Positions 40,233 to 49,761 of a stretch of DNA of 64,000 nt are shown here, piece after piece. This DNA is from an uncultured Gemmatimonadales bacterium (GTDB lineage: Bacteria > Gemmatimonadota > Gemmatimonadetes > Gemmatimonadales > Gemmatimonadaceae). The translations under genes were made by a program, and so were the position numbers. The notes below the pieces were generated by a model. It was given only the letters and a program-made list of their open reading frames with translations, was not told where the DNA came from and ran no database searches. The DNA lies in assembly GCA_963850905.1 (NCBI GenBank), contig CAWKMU010000004.1:288001-352000 (forward strand), given 5' to 3'. The stretch's first letter is position 1; the number at the start of each line of letters is the position of its first letter.

Positions 40233-42717
40233 TCACTGCGATCGTAGCGCCGCCACCGGATCATTCCGAAGCGCGCGTCGGGCAGGCAGCCAGCAGGCGG
40301 CGATGGCGATAGCCACGAGCAGCGCCGCGACGGCGGCGAATGTCGACGGGTCCGTGGGGCTGACGCCATAGAGAAGCGATCCCATGACCCGCGTGACGGC
40401 GAGCGACGACGCAAGGCCGATCGCGAGGCCGATCACGGCGGGGCGCAGACCGCGTGCAAGCACGAGTCGCATGACATCGCCGCGTTGCGCGCCCAGGGCG
40501 AGCCGCAAGCCAAGTTCCCGGGTCTGTTGCGCGACACTGTAGGAGATCACGCCGTACACACCGATGGCGGCGAGTGCGAGTGCGCTGAGTCCGAATGCGA
40601 CCAGCACCAGGGTATTGAGGCGTCGGGGGGCGAGCGATGCCGATATCAACTGGTCGATCGCCACGACGCGATCGATCGCTTGCTCGGGATCCAATTGGTG
40701 AACCAGTGCGCGCACCGCCGCCACGGTCGCGCTCGGGTTGGCCGAGGTGCGGAGCAAGACCACGCGAGCCGCGCACAGCTCCGAGATGGCCGGGCCGGTG
40801 CACACGTGCATGTACGGTTCGTACGTGTGCGGCAGCGTGGCCTCATCCAGCGGCCCTTGTTTCACGTCCCCCACGACACCGATGATCGTGAGCCACACGT
40901 TGGGGGCACCCGACCCGCCCCATTTCAAACGGCGGCCGACGGGGTCTTCATTTGGCCAGAATCGCTTCGCCATGCCCTCGCTGATGATGACGGCGTCGCC
41001 GCGACCCCGAAGCTCGGTCTCGTCGAAGAGGCGGCCGCGTACCAGCGGGATGCCCAACGTCTGGAAGTAATCGCCGTCGACGAGCGTGTGCACGTTGGCG
41101 GGGACGCCGTTCTGCGGCTCCCCTTCGTGGCCCTCGGGCAGGAACAAGTGCGTCCATCCGACCGTCAGCGGCTCGTCACTGCCGGTTCCCGCTGCGACCA
41201 CGCCGGGTAGTGCGCGGATTTGGGGGGTGAGCCGGTCGAAGAATGTTTGTGCATCGACGGGCGTGCGATACTGTACCGCCGGAAGGGAGATCTCGAGCGC
41301 CATCGTGTTCTCACGTTGGAATCCCGGATTGGTATCCCGAGCATGCACGAAGCTGCGGATCAGCAGTCCCGACCCGAGGACGAGCGTCAACGCGAGCGCC
41401 ACCTGCGCGACCACGAACGCGTCGCGAACGACGCGATGCCCGCGGGCCGCCGTCTGGCCACGACCACCTTCGTTGAGCGTCTCGCTCAGCCGCGCGCCGG
41501 TCGTCGCGACGGCGGGGACGATCCCCAGGGCGATGCCTGAGATGATCGAGATCGCCAGTGCGAAAAAGAGCACGGTCGGATCGATGCCCACCTCTCGGGC
41601 GCGGGGCAGAATGTCAGCGGCGAGTGTCGCCAGTGCTCGCGTGCTCGCATAGGCGACGACGAGCCCGAGGACGCCGCCCAGGAGACCGAGCAGAGTGCTC
41701 TCGACGAGGAGCTGCCGCACGAGGCGTCGACGTCCCGCGCCTAGGGCGACTCGCACCGCGAGCTCCTTCTGACGATCCATGCCCCGTGCGAGCGTGAGGT
41801 TTGCAACATTGGCACAGGCGATCAACAACAGGAGTCCCACCGCGCCGAACAAGAGGAGGACCAACTGCTTCGACTGGCCGACGACCATTCTCGTTGAGCG
41901 CGGTGACCTGCGCCTCGAGAGCGAGCTTCGACCGGTCCCGGTAGGCGACCGGATAGAGTTCTTGAACGCTGGCTGCCACCGCCATCACATCTCTATTCGC
42001 CGCCGCCAGCGTCTCGCCCGGCTTGAGTCGTCCCAACACGCTGATGTTGAAGTTGTCGCCCCGTCCCGCGGGATCGCGTTCCGATGCGGTGTACGCGATC
42101 GGGATCCAGATCTGAGCTGGCTCATTGAACGGCAGCCCGCTGAGCGGAAACTCAAATCGGGCCGGCATCACGCCGATGACCGTGTACGGCTCCCGATCGA
42201 GAAAGATTTTGCGCCCGCCGATGTCGGGCTGTCCGCCGAATCGCGACTGCCACAACCCGTACGAGAGGACGGCGACGTTGTGTCCAGCCACGTCCTCTTC
42301 ATCCGTGAACGTGCGGCCTAGCGCGGGCGTGGTGCCCAGTGCTCGAAACACGCCGGCCGCCGTGCGAGTGACCTCGACCCGCTCGGGCGTGCCGTCGCCG
42401 GAGAGGTCCTTGGAGGTCCCGTTGAATCCACCGAGCTCGTCGAACGAGTGGCTCAACCGGCGGAAATCCGGGACATCCTGGGCGGACAGCGACATGTTGC
42501 CAGGTCGGATCTTAGGGATCGACTCCTGCAGGATCACGAGGCGATCCGCTTGCGGGAATGGCAGCGGACGGAGCAACAGGGTGTTGACGACGCTGAACAT
42601 CGAGGTCGTCGCCCCGATCCCGAGCGCGAGCGTCAGCACGGCGGTCGCGGCGAAGCCCGGATGCTTGCGCAGCATCCGCGTGGCAATCTGGATGTCCTGT
42701 CGCAGCGTCTCTTTCAC
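40233..42717 (-). CDS. ADOP-type duplicated ABC permease (MacB/FtsX x2); frameshift at 41888-41889 (probable artefact)
   Basis: PGFAATAVLTLALGIGATT, LLIACANVANL, RELGLRLALGA, DPVAALR. Confidence 0.92.
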
Positions 42718-42830
42718 AGATGGCTCCTCAATCGACCAGTACCGGTGCGGGTCTCTCTCATCGATGTGATGGTGCCAAACTCGCGACTATCCGATGGGTT
42801 CCTTACCGTGCAGCCGTCCGAGGTCTGTTC

Positions 42831-42880
42831 TCCAACGTCCAACGTATAACGTCTACCCTCCTGCCCATTACCCGTCACCC
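42831..42880. repeat. Adjacent (CCAACGT)n and (TYACCCG)n heptamer arrays
   Basis: tccaacgtccaacgtataacgtcta...cccattacccgtcaccc. Confidence 0.65.
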
Positions 42881-43332
42881 TACTGCGCCGCGACGGTGCC
42901 GCAGTTCCAGCGCCCTGACGCGGTCTTGTCGTTGAGGACGAACGTGCCCGACTTGCCGTCGGCGCCGACGGTCACGCTGCCGAGTCCACCGTACGCGTCC
43001 TGCGTCGCGGTTTTCCCAAGGTAGAGCATCACGATCACGTTCTTATACGCGCCCGGCCCAGTGAACGGCGCCTTGCTCGCATGCATCGCGTCGGCCATCA
43101 CCGACCCGGGGCCAATCGTGAACGCGAGCGGCGGCAGCGCGTCCGGGCCGAAGACCGCGCCCAACGTCCCGTCAGCTCGCTTGAGGCAATGACCGGAGGA
43201 AACGGTGAGCGCCTTCGGCTTGTCGATCGTCGCGGTCGCACCGGGCCCCTGCGCCGCCGCGCGTCCAGCCCCGGCGATCGCCGTACAAACGCCGAGAGCG
43301 ACCGCCACAGATACCAACCGTGTACTCCTCAT
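42880..43332 (-). CDS. Hypothetical secreted protein
   Basis: Signal peptide ending AAA-QG; one Cys pair. Confidence 0.7.
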   Translation of the reverse strand: MRSTRLVSVAVALGVCTAIAGAGRAAAQGPGATATIDKPKALTVSSGHCLKRADGTLGAVFGPDALPPLAFTIGPGSVMADAMHASKAPFTGPGAYKNVIVMLYLGKTATQDAYGGLGSVTVGADGKSGTFVLNDKTASGRWNCGTVAAQ

Positions 43333-43349
43333 GCTCTCTCCGAGGTTGT

Positions 43350-44057
43350 TCAAGGCGTGAATCGGTTCACGTGATAGGCGACGTCGCCGCTCATCGTGTC
43401 GATCGTCGCGTGCAGGATCATGGCAGGAATGAGCGAGCCCGACCAGACCGCAATCAGCGCGAAGAGGAGTCCGAGCCCACCGGTCTTGAGAATCCCGCTC
43501 CAGCCGTAGTAAGCGTGGTAAACGCCAAAGAGCACCGCAGTGGCCACGACCGCGCCCACGAGACCCGTGTAGCTCGCCACGACTGCCAGCAAGAACCCGC
43601 GAAAGAACACCTCTTCACAGATACCGGCAGTGATCGCCACGAACGTCCAGAGCTTTCGCTCTTGTGGCGTATGTGGAGTGATCCCCCCGACGGACGCGAC
43701 CTGGGCGCGGAGAGCCGTTGCCAGCTCCGGGCGATCGAGAAGGGCGCGACGTTGCTTGGTCGCGACGATCACGTAGGCCAGCGCCAGGACGAAGCAGATG
43801 CCGAATTCCAGCGGATGCGGTTTCCCGAGCAGAAGCACGCCCCACGGCCGCTTGTCGGCGATCCAGACGAGCGCGATCGCGGCGACGAGCACCCACTGGT
43901 AGACGACGAAATACCGATATGTCGGGAGGCGCGACTGATCATGAACCCCGCGCGCCGGCGCGCGGATCAAACGCGCGAACAGGCCGATCTCGATGGCCAT
44001 GCAGACGATCATGACCACGAGCAGCACGAGATCGACTGTACCCGGCGCGTACATCAC
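43350..44057 (-). CDS. CPBP (Abi/CAAX) family intramembrane glutamic endopeptidase
   Basis: AGICEEVFFRG, FGVYHAY, HATID. Confidence 0.9.
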   Translation of the reverse strand: MMYAPGTVDLVLLVVMIVCMAIEIGLFARLIRAPARGVHDQSRLPTYRYFVVYQWVLVAAIALVWIADKRPWGVLLLGKPHPLEFGICFVLALAYVIVATKQRRALLDRPELATALRAQVASVGGITPHTPQERKLWTFVAITAGICEEVFFRGFLLAVVASYTGLVGAVVATAVLFGVYHAYYGWSGILKTGGLGLLFALIAVWSGSLIPAMILHATIDTMSGDVAYHVNRFTP

Positions 44058-44065
44058 CGAACGAT

Positions 44066-44100
44066 CACGTTAGACGTCGGACGTTAGACGTTGGACGCTG
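44066..44100. repeat. (GACGTTR)n heptamer array
   Basis: acgttagacgtcggacgttagacgttggacgctg. Confidence 0.75.
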
Positions 44101-44106
44101 GGCGTA

Positions 44107-45051
44107 CTACCGGAACACCGCCAGCGGCATGTACGCCGACACGCCCCAGTTCGGCTGATCGACGATCTGCGAGATCTTGAGGTCGGCCGCGAGGCTGCAC
44201 AGGATGTACGCGTCCTCGCGACTCAGCTTCTTCTCGCGACCGAGCCAGTCGATGAGCTCCCGGACCGCGTTCTTGGCGTTGGTCATGAGGTCGGGGCCGA
44301 GCGCCGTCGCAGCATAGTAGCCGCGCACATCGGAGCGGGGCTGCAACGGGCCGGGCGGGGTGCGGAAATGGTAGCGCCACGCCGGCATCTTCCCGCCCTT
44401 GATCACGTTGAAGCGCAGGCTGAAGCGCATCGGACACTCGATGCCGGTGACACACACTTCGCCGTCGCCCTGCGCGGCATGACAATCCCCCGCCGAAAAC
44501 AGCGCGCCCCGCACAAACACAGGGAGATACAACGTGCTCCCCGCGGTGAGATGCCGAGTGTCGATGTTCCCCGCACCCTTGGTCGGCGGCAGTACGTCAA
44601 TTGGGCCCGGTTCGTCGGTCGCGACCCCCATTGTCCCGCAAAACGGTGCGATCGGAATCCGGATGTCGTCGCGCAGGGCGGTGTCATTCCCATTCGACAG
44701 GTCGAAGTATCTGATGTAGGGCGCCTTGAAGTCCTCGGCCAACAATCCAAGGCCCGGGATGATCGCGGCCCAGCCCCAGGCGAGTGGCTCGAGGGACAGG
44801 ATCGACACTTCGAGCGTGTCTCCCGGCTCTGCGCCCCGCACGTAAACCGGTCCCGCCAGGGGATAGAGCTTGTCGAAGTTGAGCGCCGCGAGCGCGGAAG
44901 CTGGCATGCCCGGCTTGAGCTGACCACCGCTCACCTCCTCGGTCTCGCAGTGCACCGTGTCGCCAGGATCGATCTCGATAGCGGGTTTGTTCTTGTAATC
45001 CCACTTGTAGTGGACCCGCTCGGGTGGAATGCGATGCTCGGCCACGGTCAC
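44107..45051 (-). CDS. Acetamidase/formamidase family protein
   Basis: GPVYVRGAEPGD, PFCGTMGVA, GNID, GDCHAAQGDGEVC, AYILCSLAADL. Confidence 0.93.
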   Translation of the reverse strand: MTVAEHRIPPERVHYKWDYKNKPAIEIDPGDTVHCETEEVSGGQLKPGMPASALAALNFDKLYPLAGPVYVRGAEPGDTLEVSILSLEPLAWGWAAIIPGLGLLAEDFKAPYIRYFDLSNGNDTALRDDIRIPIAPFCGTMGVATDEPGPIDVLPPTKGAGNIDTRHLTAGSTLYLPVFVRGALFSAGDCHAAQGDGEVCVTGIECPMRFSLRFNVIKGGKMPAWRYHFRTPPGPLQPRSDVRGYYAATALGPDLMTNAKNAVRELIDWLGREKKLSREDAYILCSLAADLKISQIVDQPNWGVSAYMPLAVFR

Positions 45052-45060
45052 CTCTCCTTG

Positions 45061-45202
45061 CTAGACGCTGGACGCTAGACGCTACAAGTTGGACGTTAGA
45101 CGTTGGAGGATACCACGGCGGCCAAGCTAGCAGGGCTGTAGCGGCAATCGAGGTTCCTTTCTAACGTCTAGCGTCTAGCGTCTAACATCTAGCGTCTAAC
45201 CT
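45061..45202. repeat. Inverted-repeat heptamer element filling a divergent intergenic region
   Basis: (GACGYTR)n left arm, (CTARCGT)n right arm; core related to 1281-1390. Confidence 0.8.
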
Positions 45203-45204
45203 CC

Positions 45205-45981
45205 ATGCGCAACCGACTGGTCCTACTCCTTCTTGGCGCAGTGCTGAATAGCGCCGCCGCTCCGCTCTACGCGCAGGATGCGAAGCCACAAGACACCGAG
45301 GTGTGGCAGCCGGTACCCCCGGTCGTCACACCGGGCGCTGCTGTCGGCGCGCCGCCATCCGACGCGATCGTGCTGTTCGATGGCAAGAACCTGGACCAGT
45401 GGGTGTCGGTCCGCGACAAGACTGCAGCCAATTGGACCGTGGCCGATGGCATTGTCACGGTCAACAAGGCCGCGGGAGACATCGAAACCAAGCGGTCGTT
45501 CACGAACTTCCAGCTGCACGTCGAGTGGCGCATTCCCGCCAACGTTACCGGCAGCGGCCAGGAGCGAGGCAACAGCGGCGTGTTTCTCGCCGCACTCCCG
45601 AGTGGTATCTACGAGCTGCAGATCGTGGATTCCTACAACAACCCGACGTACGTCAACGGCATGGCCGGCAGCATCTACAAGGAAAGCATCCCGCCCGTGA
45701 ATCCGAGTCGCAAGCCGGGCGAGTGGCAGAGCTACGACGTCGTGTGGACCGCGCCCACGTTTAACGCCGACGGCTCATTGAAGACTCCGGCCTACGCCAC
45801 CATCTTCTTCAATGGCGTCCTCGTCGCCAATCACTTCCAGCTCAAGGGCGAGACGAAGAACACCGGTCAGCCGGCGTACCATTCCTACACCACCGCGCCC
45901 ATCGCCCTGCAAGCCCACGGCGACCCGAGTCCGCCGATCAGTTTTCGCAATATCTGGGTGCGGGAACTGGCCCCGCAGTAA
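45205..45981 (+). CDS. DUF1080 (3-keto-disaccharide hydrolase-like) secreted protein
   Basis: PPSDAIVLFDG, FQLHVEW, RGNSGVF, YELQIVDS, LQAHGD...FRNIWVR. Confidence 0.9.
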   Translation: MRNRLVLLLLGAVLNSAAAPLYAQDAKPQDTEVWQPVPPVVTPGAAVGAPPSDAIVLFDGKNLDQWVSVRDKTAANWTVADGIVTVNKAAGDIETKRSFTNFQLHVEWRIPANVTGSGQERGNSGVFLAALPSGIYELQIVDSYNNPTYVNGMAGSIYKESIPPVNPSRKPGEWQSYDVVWTAPTFNADGSLKTPAYATIFFNGVLVANHFQLKGETKNTGQPAYHSYTTAPIALQAHGDPSPPISFRNIWVRELAPQ

Positions 45982-45988
45982 GATCAGC

Positions 45989-46717
45989 CTAGTCCTCGAG
46001 CGCCGGCATAGTCGCCAACACGTCCCGCGCCCATGGCCGATCGACGACCGGCTCGTCCCGCTGCACGCGTCCGTCGCGAAACACGATGATCCGGTGCGCG
46101 AACTGCGCGATGTCCGCCTCGTGCGTCACCATCACGACCGTGAGACCCAGATCGTTGAGGTCCTGCAGGACTTGCATGATCTCCACCGACGTGCGGCTGT
46201 CGAGGTTCCCGGTCGGTTCATCGGCCAGTAACAAGGCCGGCCGATTGACCAGCGCGCGCGCAATGGCGACTCGCTGTTGTTGGCCGCCAGACAGCTGCGA
46301 GGGGAAGTGCTCGGCGCGTTCGGCGAGCCCCACGGTCGCCAGCGCGGCATTCGCGCGCGCGCTCCGCTCGGCCTTGTCGAGGCGCGTGTAGAGTGTCGGC
46401 AGTTCGACATTCTCGAGGGCTGTCGTGCGCGCCAATAAGTGGAACCCCTGGAACACGAATCCCAGCTTGCGGTTTCGGATGCCGGCCAGCGTCTCCTTAT
46501 TGAGGGTGGAGACGTCGATCCCGTCGAGCAAATAGCGGCCCGTCGTCGGGCGATCGAGACAGCCCAGGATATTCATGAAGGTCGACTTCCCGCTGCCACT
46601 TGCGCCCATGATGGCGACGAAGCTCCCGCGCTTCACGCTCAAGCTGACACCGCGCAGCGCGTGCACGCGTGTCTCGCCAAGGTCGTAGTACCGGTTGAGC
46701 TCCTCGACCCGAATCAT
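45989..46717 (-). CDS. ABC transporter ATP-binding protein (MacB/LolD-like)
   Basis: GASGSGKS, LSGGQQQR, LLADEPTGNLD; start could be as far upstream as 46834. Confidence 0.95.
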   Translation of the reverse strand: MIRVEELNRYYDLGETRVHALRGVSLSVKRGSFVAIMGASGSGKSTFMNILGCLDRPTTGRYLLDGIDVSTLNKETLAGIRNRKLGFVFQGFHLLARTTALENVELPTLYTRLDKAERSARANAALATVGLAERAEHFPSQLSGGQQQRVAIARALVNRPALLLADEPTGNLDSRTSVEIMQVLQDLNDLGLTVVMVTHEADIAQFAHRIIVFRDGRVQRDEPVVDRPWARDVLATMPALED

Positions 46718-46852
46718 CTCGCCGCCCAGCGCTTGGTGTTCGCCATCGGCGTCGCTGGACGAACCTGTCGCGTCGTGGGCTGCCACGCCAGTGAAGCGCT
46801 GGCGCATCTCGCGGGCAAGCTGTGTGAACGGCACGGTGCGATCGCGAGCGGC

Positions 46853-48202
46853 CTATCGCCGCGCGCCGCTTTGTGCGACGGATCCGGTAATGACGTCGTC
46901 ACCCGTGTTCAACGTGCCCTTGGTCACTGCGACGACCTCGGTGTAGGCGTGGTCGGTGATGCCGACCGCCAGTTGCACGGGCTCGACATCGCCGCCGTTG
47001 GTGCGCTTCCAGACGATAGCCCTCTCCTGCGCCTGAGCAGCGTGCCCGGCCGGCCGGTGGGTCGGCGAGTTCGACGCCGGGATCGTTGCTGCCGTATCGT
47101 CCGCCGGAGTGAAGCCGGTGCGCTCCGTCGCGTGATCGTCAATGCCCGCGCGGACGTACAACCGGTGCAGCTCAGCGGGCTTCAGCGGGGGACGATATCG
47201 GAGCGCGCTGTTGGGCACCTTCACCACGTCGTGCACGCTGGCCACGGGGACCGTGACGTATGCGGTCATCCCGGGGAAGAGCTTGACATCCGGATTGGCA
47301 AAATCGATGATCGTGCTGTACGTGACGACGTTCTGGACCGTCGTCGCGTTCATGCGAATCTGGCTCACGATTCCCTTGAATGTCTCCTTCGGGAACGCGT
47401 CGACCTTGAACGTGACCTCTCGTCCGAGCCGCACCCGGCCCACGTCGGACTCGTCGGTCGCGGCGTAGAGCTGCATCTTGGTCAGGTCCTGCGCGATGGT
47501 GAAGACCGTCGGCGCCTGCAGCGAGGCGGCAACCGTCTGCCCGACGTCGACGTTGCGCGCGACCACGGTGCCATCGATCGGCGAGCGGATGACCGTGTAC
47601 TCGATGTTGGCGCGCGCGACATCGACCGCTGCGGCCTTGAGCTTGACCTGGGCCTTGGCCTGCGCCAACGCCGCCACCGCCCCATCGACCGTCGCCTGAG
47701 AGACATCGACCGTCGCCTTCATGTCTGTCAGCGTTTGCGCCGTCGCGTAGTCCCTGGCCACGAGGGGGACGTAACGGTCGTAGTCGCTCTTGGTCTGTGC
47801 CAGAGTGGCCTGCGCCTTTTCGAGATCCGCCTGAGCGGCGACGACACTCGCCTGGGCGCTCTCGAGGTCCGCGGTCGCCTGCTCCAGGGCCGCCCGGAAG
47901 AGAGTGGGATCGATGAGCGCGATGATGTCGCCGCGGTGGACTCGGGAGTTGAAATCGGCGCGAAGCGTGGCGATCTGTCCGGACACCTGGGAGCCGACTT
48001 GCACGGTCGTCACGGCGTTGACGGTACCGGTGGCGTCGACGACGTCGTGGATGTCGCCGCGTGTCACGGGTGCCGTGAAGTATTGCACGTGCGATCCACC
48101 GCGTAGCTTGAAGGCGGCGAATGCGACGACGAGCGCGACACCACCGATGGTGACGGCCCAGCGGATACGTCGTGGCGAGGTTGCGCTCGTGCCGTCACTC
48201 AT
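46853..48202 (-). CDS. Efflux periplasmic adaptor (MacA-like)
   Basis: TVQVGSQVSG, IRSPIDG, GQTVAASLQAP, QNVVTY. Confidence 0.93.
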   Translation of the reverse strand: MSDGTSATSPRRIRWAVTIGGVALVVAFAAFKLRGGSHVQYFTAPVTRGDIHDVVDATGTVNAVTTVQVGSQVSGQIATLRADFNSRVHRGDIIALIDPTLFRAALEQATADLESAQASVVAAQADLEKAQATLAQTKSDYDRYVPLVARDYATAQTLTDMKATVDVSQATVDGAVAALAQAKAQVKLKAAAVDVARANIEYTVIRSPIDGTVVARNVDVGQTVAASLQAPTVFTIAQDLTKMQLYAATDESDVGRVRLGREVTFKVDAFPKETFKGIVSQIRMNATTVQNVVTYSTIIDFANPDVKLFPGMTAYVTVPVASVHDVVKVPNSALRYRPPLKPAELHRLYVRAGIDDHATERTGFTPADDTAATIPASNSPTHRPAGHAAQAQERAIVWKRTNGGDVEPVQLAVGITDHAYTEVVAVTKGTLNTGDDVITGSVAQSGARR

Positions 48203-49412
48203 AGCGGAGGGCATCAATGGGATCCAGGAGCGCGGCTTTGCGCGCGGGGTAATAGCCGAAGAACACACCGACGGCGATCGAGAACAGTGCGGCCAGGATC
48301 ACCGCCTCGACCGAGAGTTGCATGGCCCAGCCGAGGGCTCGGCCGCCGACGATGGAGACCAGGATGCCGAGGAGCACGCCGGCCGCACCGCCGACGAGGC
48401 TCAAGAGCACCGACTCTCCCAGGAACTGGAGTTGAATCGCGCTCTCGGTCGCGCCGACCGCGACGCGCACACCGATCTCGCGGGTGCGTTCGGTGACGGA
48501 GACGAGCATCACGTTCATGATGCCGATGCCACCGACGATGAGGGAGATCGATGCGATCGCGGCCAGCAGGAGGGTGAGCGTACGGCTGGCCTCGAGCTGC
48601 GCCTGGATGATGTCCTCGGGGTTGCGGATGTTGAAATCGTCGTCCTGTTCCGGCCGCAGCCAATGCCGGTCGCGGAGGAGGGCGGCCGCCTGTTGGCCGG
48701 CCAGTTTGATGGCAGAAGGCGAGACGGCCGAGCACATGATGTCATCCAACCAGTCGACGCCGCGGATTTTCTTCATGACCGTCGTGTACGGCATGATGAC
48801 GACATCATCCTGGTCCTGGCCCGACATCGACAGACCTTTCGGTTGAAGCGTTGCCACCACTCGGCACGGCAGGCCGGTGACTCGAATGACCTTGCCGAGT
48901 GGGTCCTCGTTGGGAAAGAGTTGTTGCTGCACCGTTAGGCCGATCACGCAGACGTCCGCCGCTCGATCGACATCGTCGGTCGAGAACAACGCACCTTCGA
49001 CCGCGTACCATCGCTTGATGTCGAAGAATTCCGGCGCGACGCCGCGGTAGTTCGTGAACCAGTTCTGGTTGCGATAGACGATCTGGATCGACCCATCAAG
49101 ATTGGGCGACAGCGCCTTGATGAGCGGGACCTGATTCTTGATGGCCGAGGCGTCAGCCAAGGTCAGGCTTTTCGTGCCATGCACGCCGGTCCGCACGCCG
49201 TTGACGGCCCGGCCCCCCGCCTGGATCCAGACGAAGTTGTCGCCCAGGTTGCTGAGCTGCTCCTCGACGCGCGCCTGCCCGGCCTTGCCGATGGCCACGA
49301 CACAGATGACCGCCGCGATCCCAATCGTGATCCCGAGGATCGTGAGGAGACTCCGCATCTTGTTGCGGAGCAGCGTCCAGATGGACGAGGCGAGGAGAGC
49401 CCAGTAGTTCAA
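48195..49412 (-). CDS. ABC transporter permease (MacB-like)
   Basis: RSLLTILGITIG, GGIGIMNVMLVSVTERTREIG, DPIDALRYE. Confidence 0.95.
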   Translation of the reverse strand: MNYWALLASSIWTLLRNKMRSLLTILGITIGIAAVICVVAIGKAGQARVEEQLSNLGDNFVWIQAGGRAVNGVRTGVHGTKSLTLADASAIKNQVPLIKALSPNLDGSIQIVYRNQNWFTNYRGVAPEFFDIKRWYAVEGALFSTDDVDRAADVCVIGLTVQQQLFPNEDPLGKVIRVTGLPCRVVATLQPKGLSMSGQDQDDVVIMPYTTVMKKIRGVDWLDDIMCSAVSPSAIKLAGQQAAALLRDRHWLRPEQDDDFNIRNPEDIIQAQLEASRTLTLLLAAIASISLIVGGIGIMNVMLVSVTERTREIGVRVAVGATESAIQLQFLGESVLLSLVGGAAGVLLGILVSIVGGRALGWAMQLSVEAVILAALFSIAVGVFFGYYPARKAALLDPIDALRYE

Positions 49413-49414
49413 AG

Positions 49415-49750
49415 GCGGGGTGACGGGTTACGGGTTTCGGGAACAGCAGGCGAAGGCCGGCGAGTCAGCACCGACATGACCCAGGTAGGGCCGTCAGGCT
49501 TGCACAACAATCACATCCACCGACCCGCGGCACCATACCGCACCCGGTTGACCGCCCATATCGAATGCCGGTATAGCGGGCCGACCCCTAGCGCCGTGCG
49601 TGCCGCACGTAGGGCTGGCCACGAAGCCACCGGCGGTCGGCGGGGCACTCGGGAGTCTCGCCGTCCATCCGACTTGTAGGGGTAGCCTTCAGGCCGCCCA
49701 TCCGCTGTCCGTATGGTTGTCGTTGCCGTCACCCGTCACCCGTCACCCCA
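49415..49750. repeat. REP-heptamer composite region
   Basis: tgtaggggtagccttcaggccgcccatccg at 49675 followed by (TCACCCG)x3; left arm ggggtgacgggttacggg; degenerate GTAGGG copies near 49485 and 49609. Confidence 0.75.
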
Positions 49751-49761
49751 GCCCTTCCCCC

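Noticed and set aside
42760..42782. Sigma54 promoter upstream of the ADOP permease (TGGCAC on minus strand)
   Set aside because: The -12 GC element is missing at the required spacing.
43350..44057. CPBP/Abi gene as an abortive-infection defence system
   Set aside because: The Abi label for this family refers to CAAX-like proteases, and there is no defence context.
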